DNA of 64,000 nucleotides from Trichoplax adhaerens (taxonomy: Eukaryota > Animalia > Placozoa): the NCBI RefSeq assembly GCF_000150275.1, contig NW_002060955.1:1634024-1698023 (forward strand), in the 5' to 3' direction. Each line of letters opens with the position of its first letter. The stretch's first letter is position 1. The notes below the pieces were generated by a model. That model ran no database searches, had not been told where the DNA came from, and worked only from the letters and a program-made list of their open reading frames with translations. Position numbers and translations under genes: made by a program. This document shows, piece by piece, positions 52,601 through 64,000 of this stretch.

Positions 52601-55600
52601 CTTCTAACCAAATTCTATATCAATCTTATCTGCTAAATTTACTTTAGTTAGTCCATTTATTGTCCAAAATCCATTGAATGTTACCATCGACTCTGGTGAT
52701 ACATTTAAACTAGTATGTCAAATACAAGGCGAACCTAGTCCTACTATTTCTTGGCTTAAAGATAACAAAAAATTACTGGACTCCTCTTATTCCACTGAGC
52801 CGAGCGGGTTGTCTACTCTACTTATAAATAATACGTCAATTTCGGACAGTGGCAGTTATAAATGTAGAGGACAAAATTCTGCTGGCGCGAGTACGACAAT
52901 GGATGCAATTGTGATTGTTTATTGTAAGTCTACCAGAATATTGATATTTACTGCGTAATTGATAAAGACTTATAAAATAGCCAATAGAAGATGTTACTAT
53001 ATTCCAACACTAATCAATAATTATATGATCTTAATATAATAGTCATTTATCTAATGTAGTTAATATCATATGCACCAATTTTTGTAATTATGACGTTCTT
53101 CTAATAACCTGTGAAATCATCACATTAGATGCTCCAAAAATACTCCTTAATCCTAGCAATACTACTATTGTCGAAGGCGATAGAATCGAACTGCAATGTA
53201 CAGGAACTAGTTTACCGATCTTTAGCGTAACATGGCTCAAAAACAATCAGCCAACGACTTCTGATTTCACTACCTATACTAATGCAAGTAGTACCAATCG
53301 TACGGCGACACTCGTTATCTTCTCAGCTAATATTGGCGATGACGGATTTTACCAGTGCAAATTAACTAACAGACTTGGAAATATTACTAGTATGGCTAGC
53401 CGGGTTGAAGTTCAATGTAAGTGAATCAGACAAGTACCCGTAATTATCACTTGAAATTGATTTACTATTATATGAAACACGCCATGGAGAATAATTTGAT
53501 TGACTGCGAGAAAACTTAGTCTAACTAAATGTTTGCCAGATAAATTGTACGCTATCTATATTAAAATAACTTTTCATAACTATTCTATTTTGTAAGTATA
53601 ATTGTTACTCATTTTAAAAAAATTCAATTTATCCGAAACATATAGACATATTTTAATTTAAGTATCAGTTATATCAGCTGAAACACATATAATCAACTGC
53701 ATCGCGTCGATTTACTGCGATGAATGCACAAAAACCTTTTATGAAACAATAACTTTAATGCTCAAAATCTGATATATATCACTGACAGTTAGATTTTAAA
53801 CAATTACTAATATGGACGTCTATATTCTTTCTACTACATATTATTAAAAATACGTGAATGATGTACCCGATTCTACAGTTGCACCTCGTATTATAACAGA
53901 ACTTACATCCTCTAGCCAATCAGTTATAGAAAATAGCGCAATAATATTAAATTGCCAAGCAAACGCAAATCCTGTACCCACTTTTACATGGTATAAAGAT
54001 GGTATCGAAATTAATAGAACAACTTACTTATCGACGTCGTATAACCAAAGCCAAATATTATTAACCAACGTAACTGAGATGGACGCTGGAAGCTATAACT
54101 GTACCAGTACCAACCTTATTGGTAGTGCTAGCAGTAATATGGACATTACTGTGTACAGTAAGTCGATCAGTATTATAGACTAATAAGCCCAAACGACCTG
54201 TGTTCTCTTAAACTGTGTGCTTAGGCCGCTGTATAGAGTTATTAACATCATAAGGTATTATAAATCAAAATTTGCATTGATTATTAATGAAATATAAAAT
54301 ATTTTGTGATCATTTTTAATGATGTAGCAAAACCCTTCGTGATCGCTTCGCCACAAAGTGCTAATATCTACGTAGGTACATCTATATCCTTGAACTGTAG
54401 CAGCGATGGCTATCCACAGCCGAATATTACTTGGACACGAAATGGTGCTGTCATTACATCATCAAATGATCAAGAAATACTATCGCTTATTAATGTTACA
54501 ACCAAACAGTCCGGAAAATACCAATGTTTATTTCGAAATGCTGCTGGAAATATATCAAGCAATGTTGCTACCATTATCGTCTATAGTAAGTTCAAGTAAT
54601 ACCAGACATTGCAAATTTATGTTACTACTTACCTACTAGCATACTAGTCTATAGCATGTCTAAATTTTCGATCCAAGTAAGAAGTAGCTTAGGTCTGTTA
54701 TTGGTATGACAATATCTCGTAAAGTAGCAAATGGCTAACTTACTATCGGTAGCAAAATGTCAAATAAATTTTCAGTATATTTACAATTTTATTACCGAGA
54801 TACATGGTTAAGAATTGGCGTGATCTTAGCGATTTCTCTGTGGATGTCAAATTTGTTCATTTTGACTGGACTTTAGAAAGTGACTTCTTGCTTGAAGTAT
54901 AATCGCTCATTTAAACATTCTAACTGCTTAGCCAGTCTAGTAGTATAAATTGTAAAGGGCAAACAATCAAATTGTCTTCTTTTCTTATACAATGTTTAGT
55001 TTAAATGTCATGTATTGAACTGGAGTTTCTAACTTTAATTAATTATAGCTGCATTGGTTGTAACCTCACCGAACACAATAGTAGATGCTCCTATCGACCA
55101 AAAATTCAGCTTGATCTGTAGTTGTTCAGGCATACCTCTTGCTACTACAGCTACTTGGAAAAGAAATGGCACTGTCTTAAATAACCTTAATTATTCTATC
55201 TCTATTAACAAAATCGCTTCATCATCGGTTATGACCACGTTAACTATTGATGCATCAACCCACGAAGACGCTGGCAATTATAGCTGTGCTATGTCAAATA
55301 ATTATACAAGCAGTAATACTGAACTTATTTCACTTACAATATTAGGTAAGCAATCAAGACCCACTATTACAATTATTTCAGTCATGAAACCTTAGCAGAG
55401 CCTATATTATCACCATACTATATCTTACATCTAAAGATAGTCACGTCAAAAATTTAGTCTACTATTTTAATACGATACGAGTAGTCAAGTTTTAGTTTAC
55501 TGTAATATTAAAAGACTCCGTTAATGATTAGTTTTATATATTATACTGTAGACGGAATACAGCTTGATCCCATAGTATATAAAACAATTTAGATAGACGT

Positions 55601-58600
55601 ATAAAATCAGTGAAATATTTACCTCAGTATATTTCAACAGTACAATTAAATAATGAATTATCACTATTATCGTTTAAATCCTCATTACCTCGACTTTTTT
55701 TTATTATATTAGCTCATTAGAAATAATTATCACGATATAATGTTATTTAGATTATTATTTTTGTTATAGCATGTTTAATACGGTGCGTTGGCAAACAAAT
55801 CTTTATTTGTTGTAATACTTTAGTTGTAATGAATTAACCTGAGGATTTATTGCGACTCCCTTGCTATTATTATTACTGAAGAAAGACGGAGATATAAAAT
55901 TGTATTTATTCTACTAAGCTATAGCGTGATTTAAACGTTAAACTTCTTTTTGGGGGTTATGATTAAAATGCTAGAACCACCGTGGTCTGTACAAAGTGTG
56001 CAAATATCAAATATCATGCCACGTTCCTTGACAATATCCTGGGATTTTCCTATATTTACTGGAAATACGCCGTTAACTAACTATTCTGTAACCATTACTA
56101 ATGTCGATAATCGAACAATTGCAATTAACTGTTCATCAAGCATCGTCACTAACGCCTGTGTCGTGCCTCCAACGATAACATCAGTCAATTTTAGCGGATT
56201 AAAACCTAACACCTTCTATTATATTTTGGTCTGGGCAAGTAATGCTGTTGGTAATAGCGGAATAATATCCACTTCGTCCACAACTAATGAAACAAGTACA
56301 AAATAGTCAATACTAAAAAATTATTCCTATGTTAAATTAGTATATATCAGCGTATTCATATGACTGATGATATCATCACTTCTAAACTGCAAGTAAACCC
56401 GATATGTACTGTTACTGTTTTAGAAGTAACTCATCTTATCCGATTATCTTTATGTAATTATTACAGATCCTGAAGATACTGTCAATAATCTATATGCATT
56501 GGGATATAATTCTACCACTATTCGAATAAAATGGACACCACCTAAGCTACCGAACGGTCAAATCAACTACCGATTGTACCAGTGGAAAGCTACTTACCCT
56601 TATAATGTCACTGATATACAATCAGCAGTTTTGTATGATGGAGGAAGTACTAGTTTTGATTCTACCAATTTAGAAGAAAATCAAGTTTATTTTTACCAGG
56701 TCATACCATATAATATTAAGTATGGCCTGATAGGTCCAATGGGAATGATTATAAATGGCACAACTCATGAAGATGGTAAGTAAATTCGTAAATAAAAATA
56801 ATTGTGTTGTATTAATCGCGATACGTTCACGATTACGTACATTATAGATTAGATTTTAAATGTGCTATCTTCTAGTAGTACCGTCTGAATGAGCCAGTAT
56901 TTTTGCATGATTACTTTTGAATACTGAGATTTCGAATTACAGTAATACCTAGTGTAATATTCGAAAATGTAAATTTCTACCAGTTATAATCCTCTTTTGC
57001 ATGTTGTATCATAGTTCCTAGTGCACCTCCAACAAATATTAGCGTTATATCCACAACTCCGTGGTCAATTTCTGTTACGTGGTTGCCGCCACCACTATCC
57101 CATCGAAACGGTGTTATTATGAGTTATAACATTTCCTATTACTCAACAAAATGGAGACATGGCGGAAGCACACAAGTTAGTGACGGTAAAACAGTATCAG
57201 TTCTTGGAGGGTTAATACCATATACTGCTTACAACATTACAATTAAAGCAGCGACTATCATTGGATATGGGCCCAGTAGTGACGATATAATATCTGTAAC
57301 AGAACAAACTGGTAAGAATTACGTGCTATAACATATTCTGTTATTAAATAGTACCTACTATCATCAAGATCTACTTTAATTTTCATGGTGTAGACGTCGT
57401 GTGATTCAAACATTGTAAAAACTTGATACATAACAGATAACTTTGTAAAACGTTATACACAGAATATCTGATGATACTAATTTTGACTTGTTACGATCTA
57501 TTCTACGTCCTCTATTATAGTTCCTAGTGCTTCTCCAGTTAACGTTAGCGCTACAACAGTATCGGCTTGGTCAATAGTTGTTACCTGGCTACCACTACCG
57601 ATATCTTATCAACATGGCGTTATAATTAATTATCATATTTCATATTATTCTAGCGAATGGCAACATGGTAATACTATAAAAACCACTGGAAGTGCTACAT
57701 CATTAGTACTTAACAGATTAATACCATATACAGATTATAACGTAACAGTTAAAGCAGCCACTATCATCGGATTCGGACCTGAAAGTATCGGTATAGTAAC
57801 AAGAACCTTCCAAGCTGGTAAGCTTATTACATGCTATAATAAGTCAAACTATAATATGATTTTAAGCATTAGCAGCTACGGATATCAATATGGTTATGTA
57901 ACGGTAGCAAAATGCATACAATATTTTATTGAACGAGATTAATTCTTATTATGATTACTTTTATTTTGCCTTATTATTATAGCTCCTGGTGCTCCTCCAG
58001 CTAATATTAGCACCACATCAATATCGGCTTGGTCAATCTTTGTGGACTGGCTACCACCACCATTAATCGATCAAAATGGAATTATAATTAATTATAATGT
58101 TACTTACTATTCTAGTAAATGGAAAGATACCGGTACTATACAAGTCGATAACAATAATACATCATTAGTGCTTGACGGATTAAGGCCATATACAGATTAT
58201 AATGTAACAATTAAAGCGGCTACAGTCATTGGATTCGGACCTGACAGTATGGGTATAATAACAAGAACATTACAAACCTGTGAGTATTACGTGCTGTGAA
58301 TAATCACGTCTTCGTTTATGATTATTGACTATATTATTATCATTTTAGCGTAATTTATCTACAGCAAGATATGAATATATACAACACAGTACGATAAATT
58401 AGACAATATCTTCTGATTTACCTTGAATTTACCTTTATTCTAATAGTTCCTACTGCTCCTCCAAGCAACGTTAGTACGATACCAATTTCCGGCCGGTTAA
58501 TCTCTGTTGCTTGGCTGCCGCCACCGATATCTGATCAAAATGGTGTTATAGTCAATTATAACATTTCTTACTATTCTAATGAATGGAAGCATGGTGATAC

Positions 58601-61600
58601 TATACAAGTTAGCGGTAATACAACATCCTTGCTTCTTGAAGAATTAATACCGCACACAAATTATAGTATCACTGTTAAAGCAGCTACTATTATTGGATTT
58701 GGACCAGCCAGTATCGGTATAGTTACAAGGACACCACAAATTGGTAAATATCGTATGCTATGATTATAATTAGTCTTGTCACGAAGCAGGCATACAAATC
58801 ATCTTACTTTAATGATATGGATATGAAAATACCTATATTATATACAGGAAAATTTGGTAATATTTAACTGCTATTCATTTTTATTTGTTATTCGTTATTT
58901 GTCGATAGTACCTAGCAGTCCTCCAGTTAACGTAAACGCTACAGCAATATCGGCTTGGTCAATCTCCGTTACTTGGCTACCTCTGCCGATATCAAATCAA
59001 CATGGCGTTATAATTAATTATAATATTTCTTATTATTCTAATAAATGGCAGCAAGGTAGTACTATACAAACTAGCGGAAATATCACAACGTTGGTTCTTG
59101 TTGGATTAATACCATATACAGATTATAACATAACAGTTAAAGCAGCCAATATCATCGGATTCGGACCGGACAGTATTGGTATATTAACAAGAACATTTCA
59201 AGCCGGTAAAACATGTCAAATACTACGACTAAAAATTTAAAACCTTATTAGTAGCTAGTAATATCATCTTGATTTAATATAACTGTAGTACTGTGCACTC
59301 TCTATAGCCAAATTTAATGTAACTAACCTTGCTTTTGCATTTATCACTAAAGTTCCTGGTGCTCCGCCATCTAATATCAGCGCTATGTCGTTAACCGCTT
59401 CGTCAATTTCTGTTAGTTGGCTGCCGCCACCGTTATTGGATCAAAATGGAATCATTATCAATTATAGTATTTCTTATTATTCTAATATACGGATGCATGG
59501 TAGTACTATACAAGTTAGCGGCAATACGTCATCGCAGATTCTTCGCAGATTATTTCCATATACATATTATAATATTACGATTAAAGCAGCAACCACCGTT
59601 GGATTTGGATCCAGTAGCACCAATATATTAACAAATACACTACAAACTGGTAAGCACATCTGATGCTATGATTAACGATGTTAGGCCCATTATAATTAGT
59701 AATTGCAACATGCACAGAACTTTCGACAGTCTTAATTTCTATATGTCGTATTTAATATTTCTTTATTCCTAGTTCCTTCTGCTGCCCCAGCTAATGTTAG
59801 AGCTACAACAATATCTGCTCGATCAATTTCTGTTACCTGGCTACCGCCACCGAAATCAGATCAAAATGGTGTTATAACCAATTATAATATTGCTTACTAT
59901 TCCAGTAAATGGAGCCATGGTGGTGAAATACAAGTTAGCGGCAATATCACAATGCTGGTTATTGATAAATTAATAGCTTACTCAGATTACAATGTAACAG
60001 TTAAAGCAAGTACCATTATTGGATTTGGACCTAAGAGTATCGGTATAATAACGAGAACATTACAAGCTGGTAAGTTTCCTTTGTTAATTATATCGCCTTT
60101 CTACAGCTTCTGCAAGTACTGACTGGTATTATGTTGATCTAATTTAATGATAGTATGAGTAGAATACGCGTGCACTATGTACAGGAACTTCTCGTACGCG
60201 ATATTATTTGTTTCTTATTATATTTTCCATTTACCGTTATATTTTAGTTCCTAGTTCTCCTCCAACTAACGTTAGCATTATTCCGATATCTGCTCGGTCT
60301 ATCTCAGTGAGTTGGCAGCCACCACCGATATCTGATCAAAACGGCATTATAACCAATTACAGTATCTCCTACTACTCCACTAAACGGAGTCATGGCGGTG
60401 AAATGCAAGTTAGCAGTGAAACTGCATCGTTTGTTATTCGTCAATTAATACCTTACACAGATTACAATATAACAGTTAAAGCAAGCACTATTATCGGGTT
60501 TGGACCTTACAGTATGGGTATATTAACAAGAACATTACAAGCTGGTAAGTATAGTACGCTAGTTACATCGCTTTCTTACGCCTTCTGCACCTACTAATAC
60601 GGTATTATGCAGGTCTAATTTAATTATTATACGACTGTAGTATGCACAAGAACTTCTCGTACGCGATATTACTTATTTCCTATTATACGTATATTTCATT
60701 TACGGTTATATTTTAGTTCCTAGTGCTCCTCCAACCAATGTTAGCATTATTCCGATATCCGCTCGTTCTATCTCAGTGAGTTGGTTGCCACCACCGATAT
60801 CTGATCAAAACGGCATTATAACCAATTATAGTATCTCCTACTATTCCAGTCAACGGAGTCATGGCGGTGAAATACAAGTTAGCGGCAATATCACATTGTT
60901 GGTTATTCGTCAATTAATACCTTACACAGATTACAATATAACAGTTAAAGCAAGTACTATTATCGGATTTGGACCTTACAGTATCGGCATATTAACAAGA
61001 ACATTACAAGCTGGTAAGTATAGTACACTAATTGCATCGCTTTCCTACAGCTTCTGCAACTATCAATATCATGCAGATCTAACTTAATCGTACTACGAGT
61101 ATAGCATTGACAAGAATTTCTTGTACTATATTACTTGTTACTTATTATATTGTTAATTTACCATTATATTTTAGTTCCTAGCGCTCCTCCAACTAATGTT
61201 AGCGCTATAGCGATATCCGCTGAGTCTATCTCAGTCAGTTGGCTGCCACCGCCGATATTCGATCAAAATGGTATAATAATCAGTTATAACATCTCCTGCT
61301 ATTCTAGTAAATGGAGTCATGAGAGTGAAATGCAAGTTAGCGGGAATACCACATCGTTAGTTGTTCATAAATTAATACCTTACACAGATTACAATATAAC
61401 AGTTAAAGCAAGCACTATTAATGGGTTTGGACCTGGCAGTATTGGTACATTGACAAAAACGTTTCAAGCTGGTAAGCTTGCCATTCATTTAATTGATCAT
61501 AATGTTTAGCAACTACTAACATCATCTTGATATAATTTTCATTCAATTTATTATTATAGCACCTGCTAGCCCTGTAATACAGAACGTTTCCCTTATAAAT

Positions 61601-64000
61601 AATAATAATACTGTCCGAGTTGGCTGGCAAGTAAGCTGAATGATTTTACTGATTTCAATAGTTATTACCGTTTGAATTAAATACAGCATCTGATGATTTT
61701 TTCTGGCGTCTATCAGTTACCGTTATAGTAATAGCATAGTAATACAAAAAGCATCGTAGGTAAAAGAACCTCCCAAAAAATGATTGATGAAGTAATTGTG
61801 TTAGATTTCTATAAAGACGTTACTTTCATCTACAGTATTCCTATCTATTAATTGAAACTATAGTTCATGATAATTTTCTAATACCAGTTAAACATATATT
61901 TGCCCGCGTAGTATTTAACTCCTAATGTAAACTGTTAACAGAGCGCCAAATATTATTGATCATGTCCTTAATAATACTATATTAGGCTTTATGATGTACC
62001 TAGATCTATGTTCGGCCATAATAAATTATATTGCCACCCAAGTAAATATGACTGCTGGTAATTCCAGTAGAAAGTAGTATTAGCAATTATTTGCTATATA
62101 TTCGAAAAGATCAAAATATAACAACTTGTAAATTTGTCTATGCGATTGTAAACTAGAAGGGTAGTTGCTAGCCAATACTAAATAGTAGTTTTGTAGATGC
62201 AATTCAGAAGCGTAATAAAATTTACTTTATCCTCAGGAATATAAAAAGATAGTATCATGATGTTATTCTCAATGCATTTCATTTTATTTTACTATTATAT
62301 AAACTAGTTAATACCAGAAAGACAACGTAATGGTATCGTTCTTGGATATTATATCGTCTTCCGTAATACCAAGTTTGGATTTTTCGATAATCGTACTATT
62401 TACGTTAACCAAACAACGACCAACGTCAACACTAGATATTATAGTGCTGCTAACCTAAAGTATTATTCAACCTATCTAATATTCTTATACGCTTTTACTG
62501 CTGCGGGCACAAGTCCAAAAAGCTTACAGAAATCGATTGAAACATTAGAATCAGGTCAGTATCCATGAAACTTTTAGTAAACTATCTTAATTTATTGCGT
62601 AAACAGTATTTTCAGGTAACGAAAAATTTATTTTACACTAGCTGCATGGATATTTTTACAAAAATTGGGCGCCATTACGCAATAAAATATTATACCAATT
62701 CGTTATAGGCTTATTAATATTATAAAGTTTAAGTATACCTGTAAACCTATCTACTGAACAAAGATATAATGTATAATAAGCGTACATATTGTTACTGAAC
62801 ATTCACTGTGTTTATATTGACTCGCAGTCCCTTCGGCATCTCCGATCAATGTAATGACTACATCTGGAACTTTAGCTGCTACATCAATCGTTATTAGTTG
62901 GAGTCCACCTCTGCTAGTCAATCAAAACGGAATTATCACAAAATACAAAGTATCATATTCCCTGCAAAATAAAAATAGTTTGTCTAATAGCACTATTATT
63001 ACGCTCGGAAATGTTAATCAGCACTCCATATACAATTTGCTGCCATCTACTAATTATTCCATACTAGTAGCGGCAGCAACTTCGGTTGGCTTCGGACCAT
63101 ATAATTCACCCGTTACTCATTTAACTTATCCAGCAGGTAATCGACTAAATTTAAAGATTAAAATCATTTCACACTACTAATACAGTCTTTGATATTATTT
63201 GTAACCAAATGAAATAGTGGCTCCAAATGTAACCCAACAGCCTCGGAACAGAACTGTTGCAGCTGGAACAGATATAACCCTAGAGTGTAGAGCAACCGGT
63301 GATCCAGTACCTACTGTGCAATGGTTGTCCAATGGCCAATTAGTATCATCCATATACAGCGTTGTTACTAAAGCTGGTTATGGAAGTTTATTCATAAAGA
63401 ATAGTAATACAGCAGATAATGGAACTTATCAATGCCAATTTACAAATAGTAAAGGATCAGTAATGTCGAACTCTGCCTATATATACGTTAATGGTAATCA
63501 AACTACTCCATTGAGTAGAAGTTTAAATATATTTTTAAGTCAACAGCAGCCCGATATTGCTTTTCATTTAAAAGTCATATACTAGCGCTAATAATTTCTA
63601 ACGTATAGAAAAGCAATCGTTAGAATATACCTTGAAAGAAATTTATATTGATATCCTATTTCTTTTTTGTGATTATATGGTATATCAGATGGCAACATTA
63701 CAGGGTTTTGTCTTGGTGAAATTACAAGTGATATGAAATGGTCTAAAACATATAACGGTTATACTGCGATAGCAAAATGCCCTGTATCTGCTAAAGGTAA
63801 AAATCTCTATTTTGATTTACATGTTAATTTTATCGCTTGCAGAATTGATTTCTAACACCCAATATACCTGTTATAAATAGTTTAATTTTGCAATTAAAGT
63901 TGTCTTCTATAAATTAAATATGATTCTATGATCAGGTAATGCTACTCGTTCATGTAAGCTTAATACCAATGGCAATTCCGTATGGGATGATATCGATACG
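46648..64000 (+). CDS. Giant receptor gene 2, paralog of aGPCR 1 (3' truncated by window): signal peptide - IgGFc-binding - 7 Ig - 14 FN3 - Ig - HRM...; probable adhesion GPCR
   Basis: Signal peptide exon 46648-46717 (MKMIKLLSLVIISIHCIFTVQAQ); IgGFc exon 47646-48917; Ig exons 49075-49350, 49429-49689, 52648-52923, 53129-53416, 53879-54157, 54328-54585, 55049-55345; FN3 exons 55975-56295, 56467-56775, 57015-57311, 57521-57817, 57983-58279, 58447-58743, 58909-59205, 59353-59649, 59773-60069, 60248-60544, 60717-61013, 61175-61471, 61560-61630+62308-62554, 62828-63136; Ig 63218-63493; HRM 63689-63796 and 63936-end. GAIN/7TM are not visible and are inferred from paralogy. Confidence 0.87.
47646..48917 (+). 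CDS. IgGFc-binding (FCGBP-N-like) domain exon of gene 2
   Basis: ORF 47630..48982; SRGREF, DAYRALPVRTYGKEY, DFTGTQVSANKPIAVFGNNMCA, CNYLIAQYP, MNIVPAIDQF. Confidence 0.87.
49075..55345 (+). CDS. Seven immunoglobulin (I-set) domain exons of gene 2
   Basis: Each exon is phase 1-1 and has C...W..D/N and D/N/Q.G.Y.C-type motifs (e.g. LVCQIQGEPSPTISWLKD...DSGSYKC; LNCQANANPVPTFTWYKD...DAGSYNC). Confidence 0.92.
55975..63136 (+). CDS. Array of 14 FN3 domains of gene 2, including ten paralogous 297-nt exons (57015-61471)
   Basis: Repeated VPS.PP.NVS....SA.SISV.WLPPP...QNG.I.NY.ISYYS..W.HG...QVSGN...L.L..LIPYTDYNITVKA.TIIGFGP.S.GI.TRT.QA; exon spacing about 420-510 bp. Confidence 0.93.

Noticed and set aside
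55975-63136. Calling gene 2 a receptor tyrosine phosphatase, Dscam or sidekick homolog
   Set aside because: The FN3 array is followed by Ig and HRM exons matching aGPCR 1 in size and sequence, not by a TM plus phosphatase domain.

Overview
AT-rich, intron-containing eukaryotic (metazoan) DNA with short GT-AG introns and three assembly gaps. The compact gene structure and composition suggest an early-branching animal such as the placozoan Trichoplax; this is an inference. All exon structures below were spliced by hand from GT/AG boundaries and reading-frame continuity. The window contains: (1) a near-complete adhesion GPCR gene (+, 522-14090) with the order IgGFc-binding/FCGBP-N domain, >=10 FN3, Ig, HRM, GAIN/GPS, 7TM; (2) a minus-strand beta-spectrin-like fragment with in-frame TAG stops (15911-17326); (3) the RNA Pol I/III shared subunit RPAC2/POLR1D (19284-21731); (4) a 13-exon MFS sugar porter (27893-36731) whose 5.4-kb first intron carries two tandem-repeat arrays and a possible Tc1-like remnant; (5) a second, paralogous receptor gene (+, 46648 to beyond 64000) with signal peptide, IgGFc-binding domain, 7 Ig, 14 FN3, Ig and HRM, running off the window. 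The most notable system is this tandem pair of FCGBP-capped giant receptors. Their ectodomains are built from independently expanded, frame-symmetric (phase 1-1) one-domain exons, and the one visible 7TM/GPS region is unusually degenerate.
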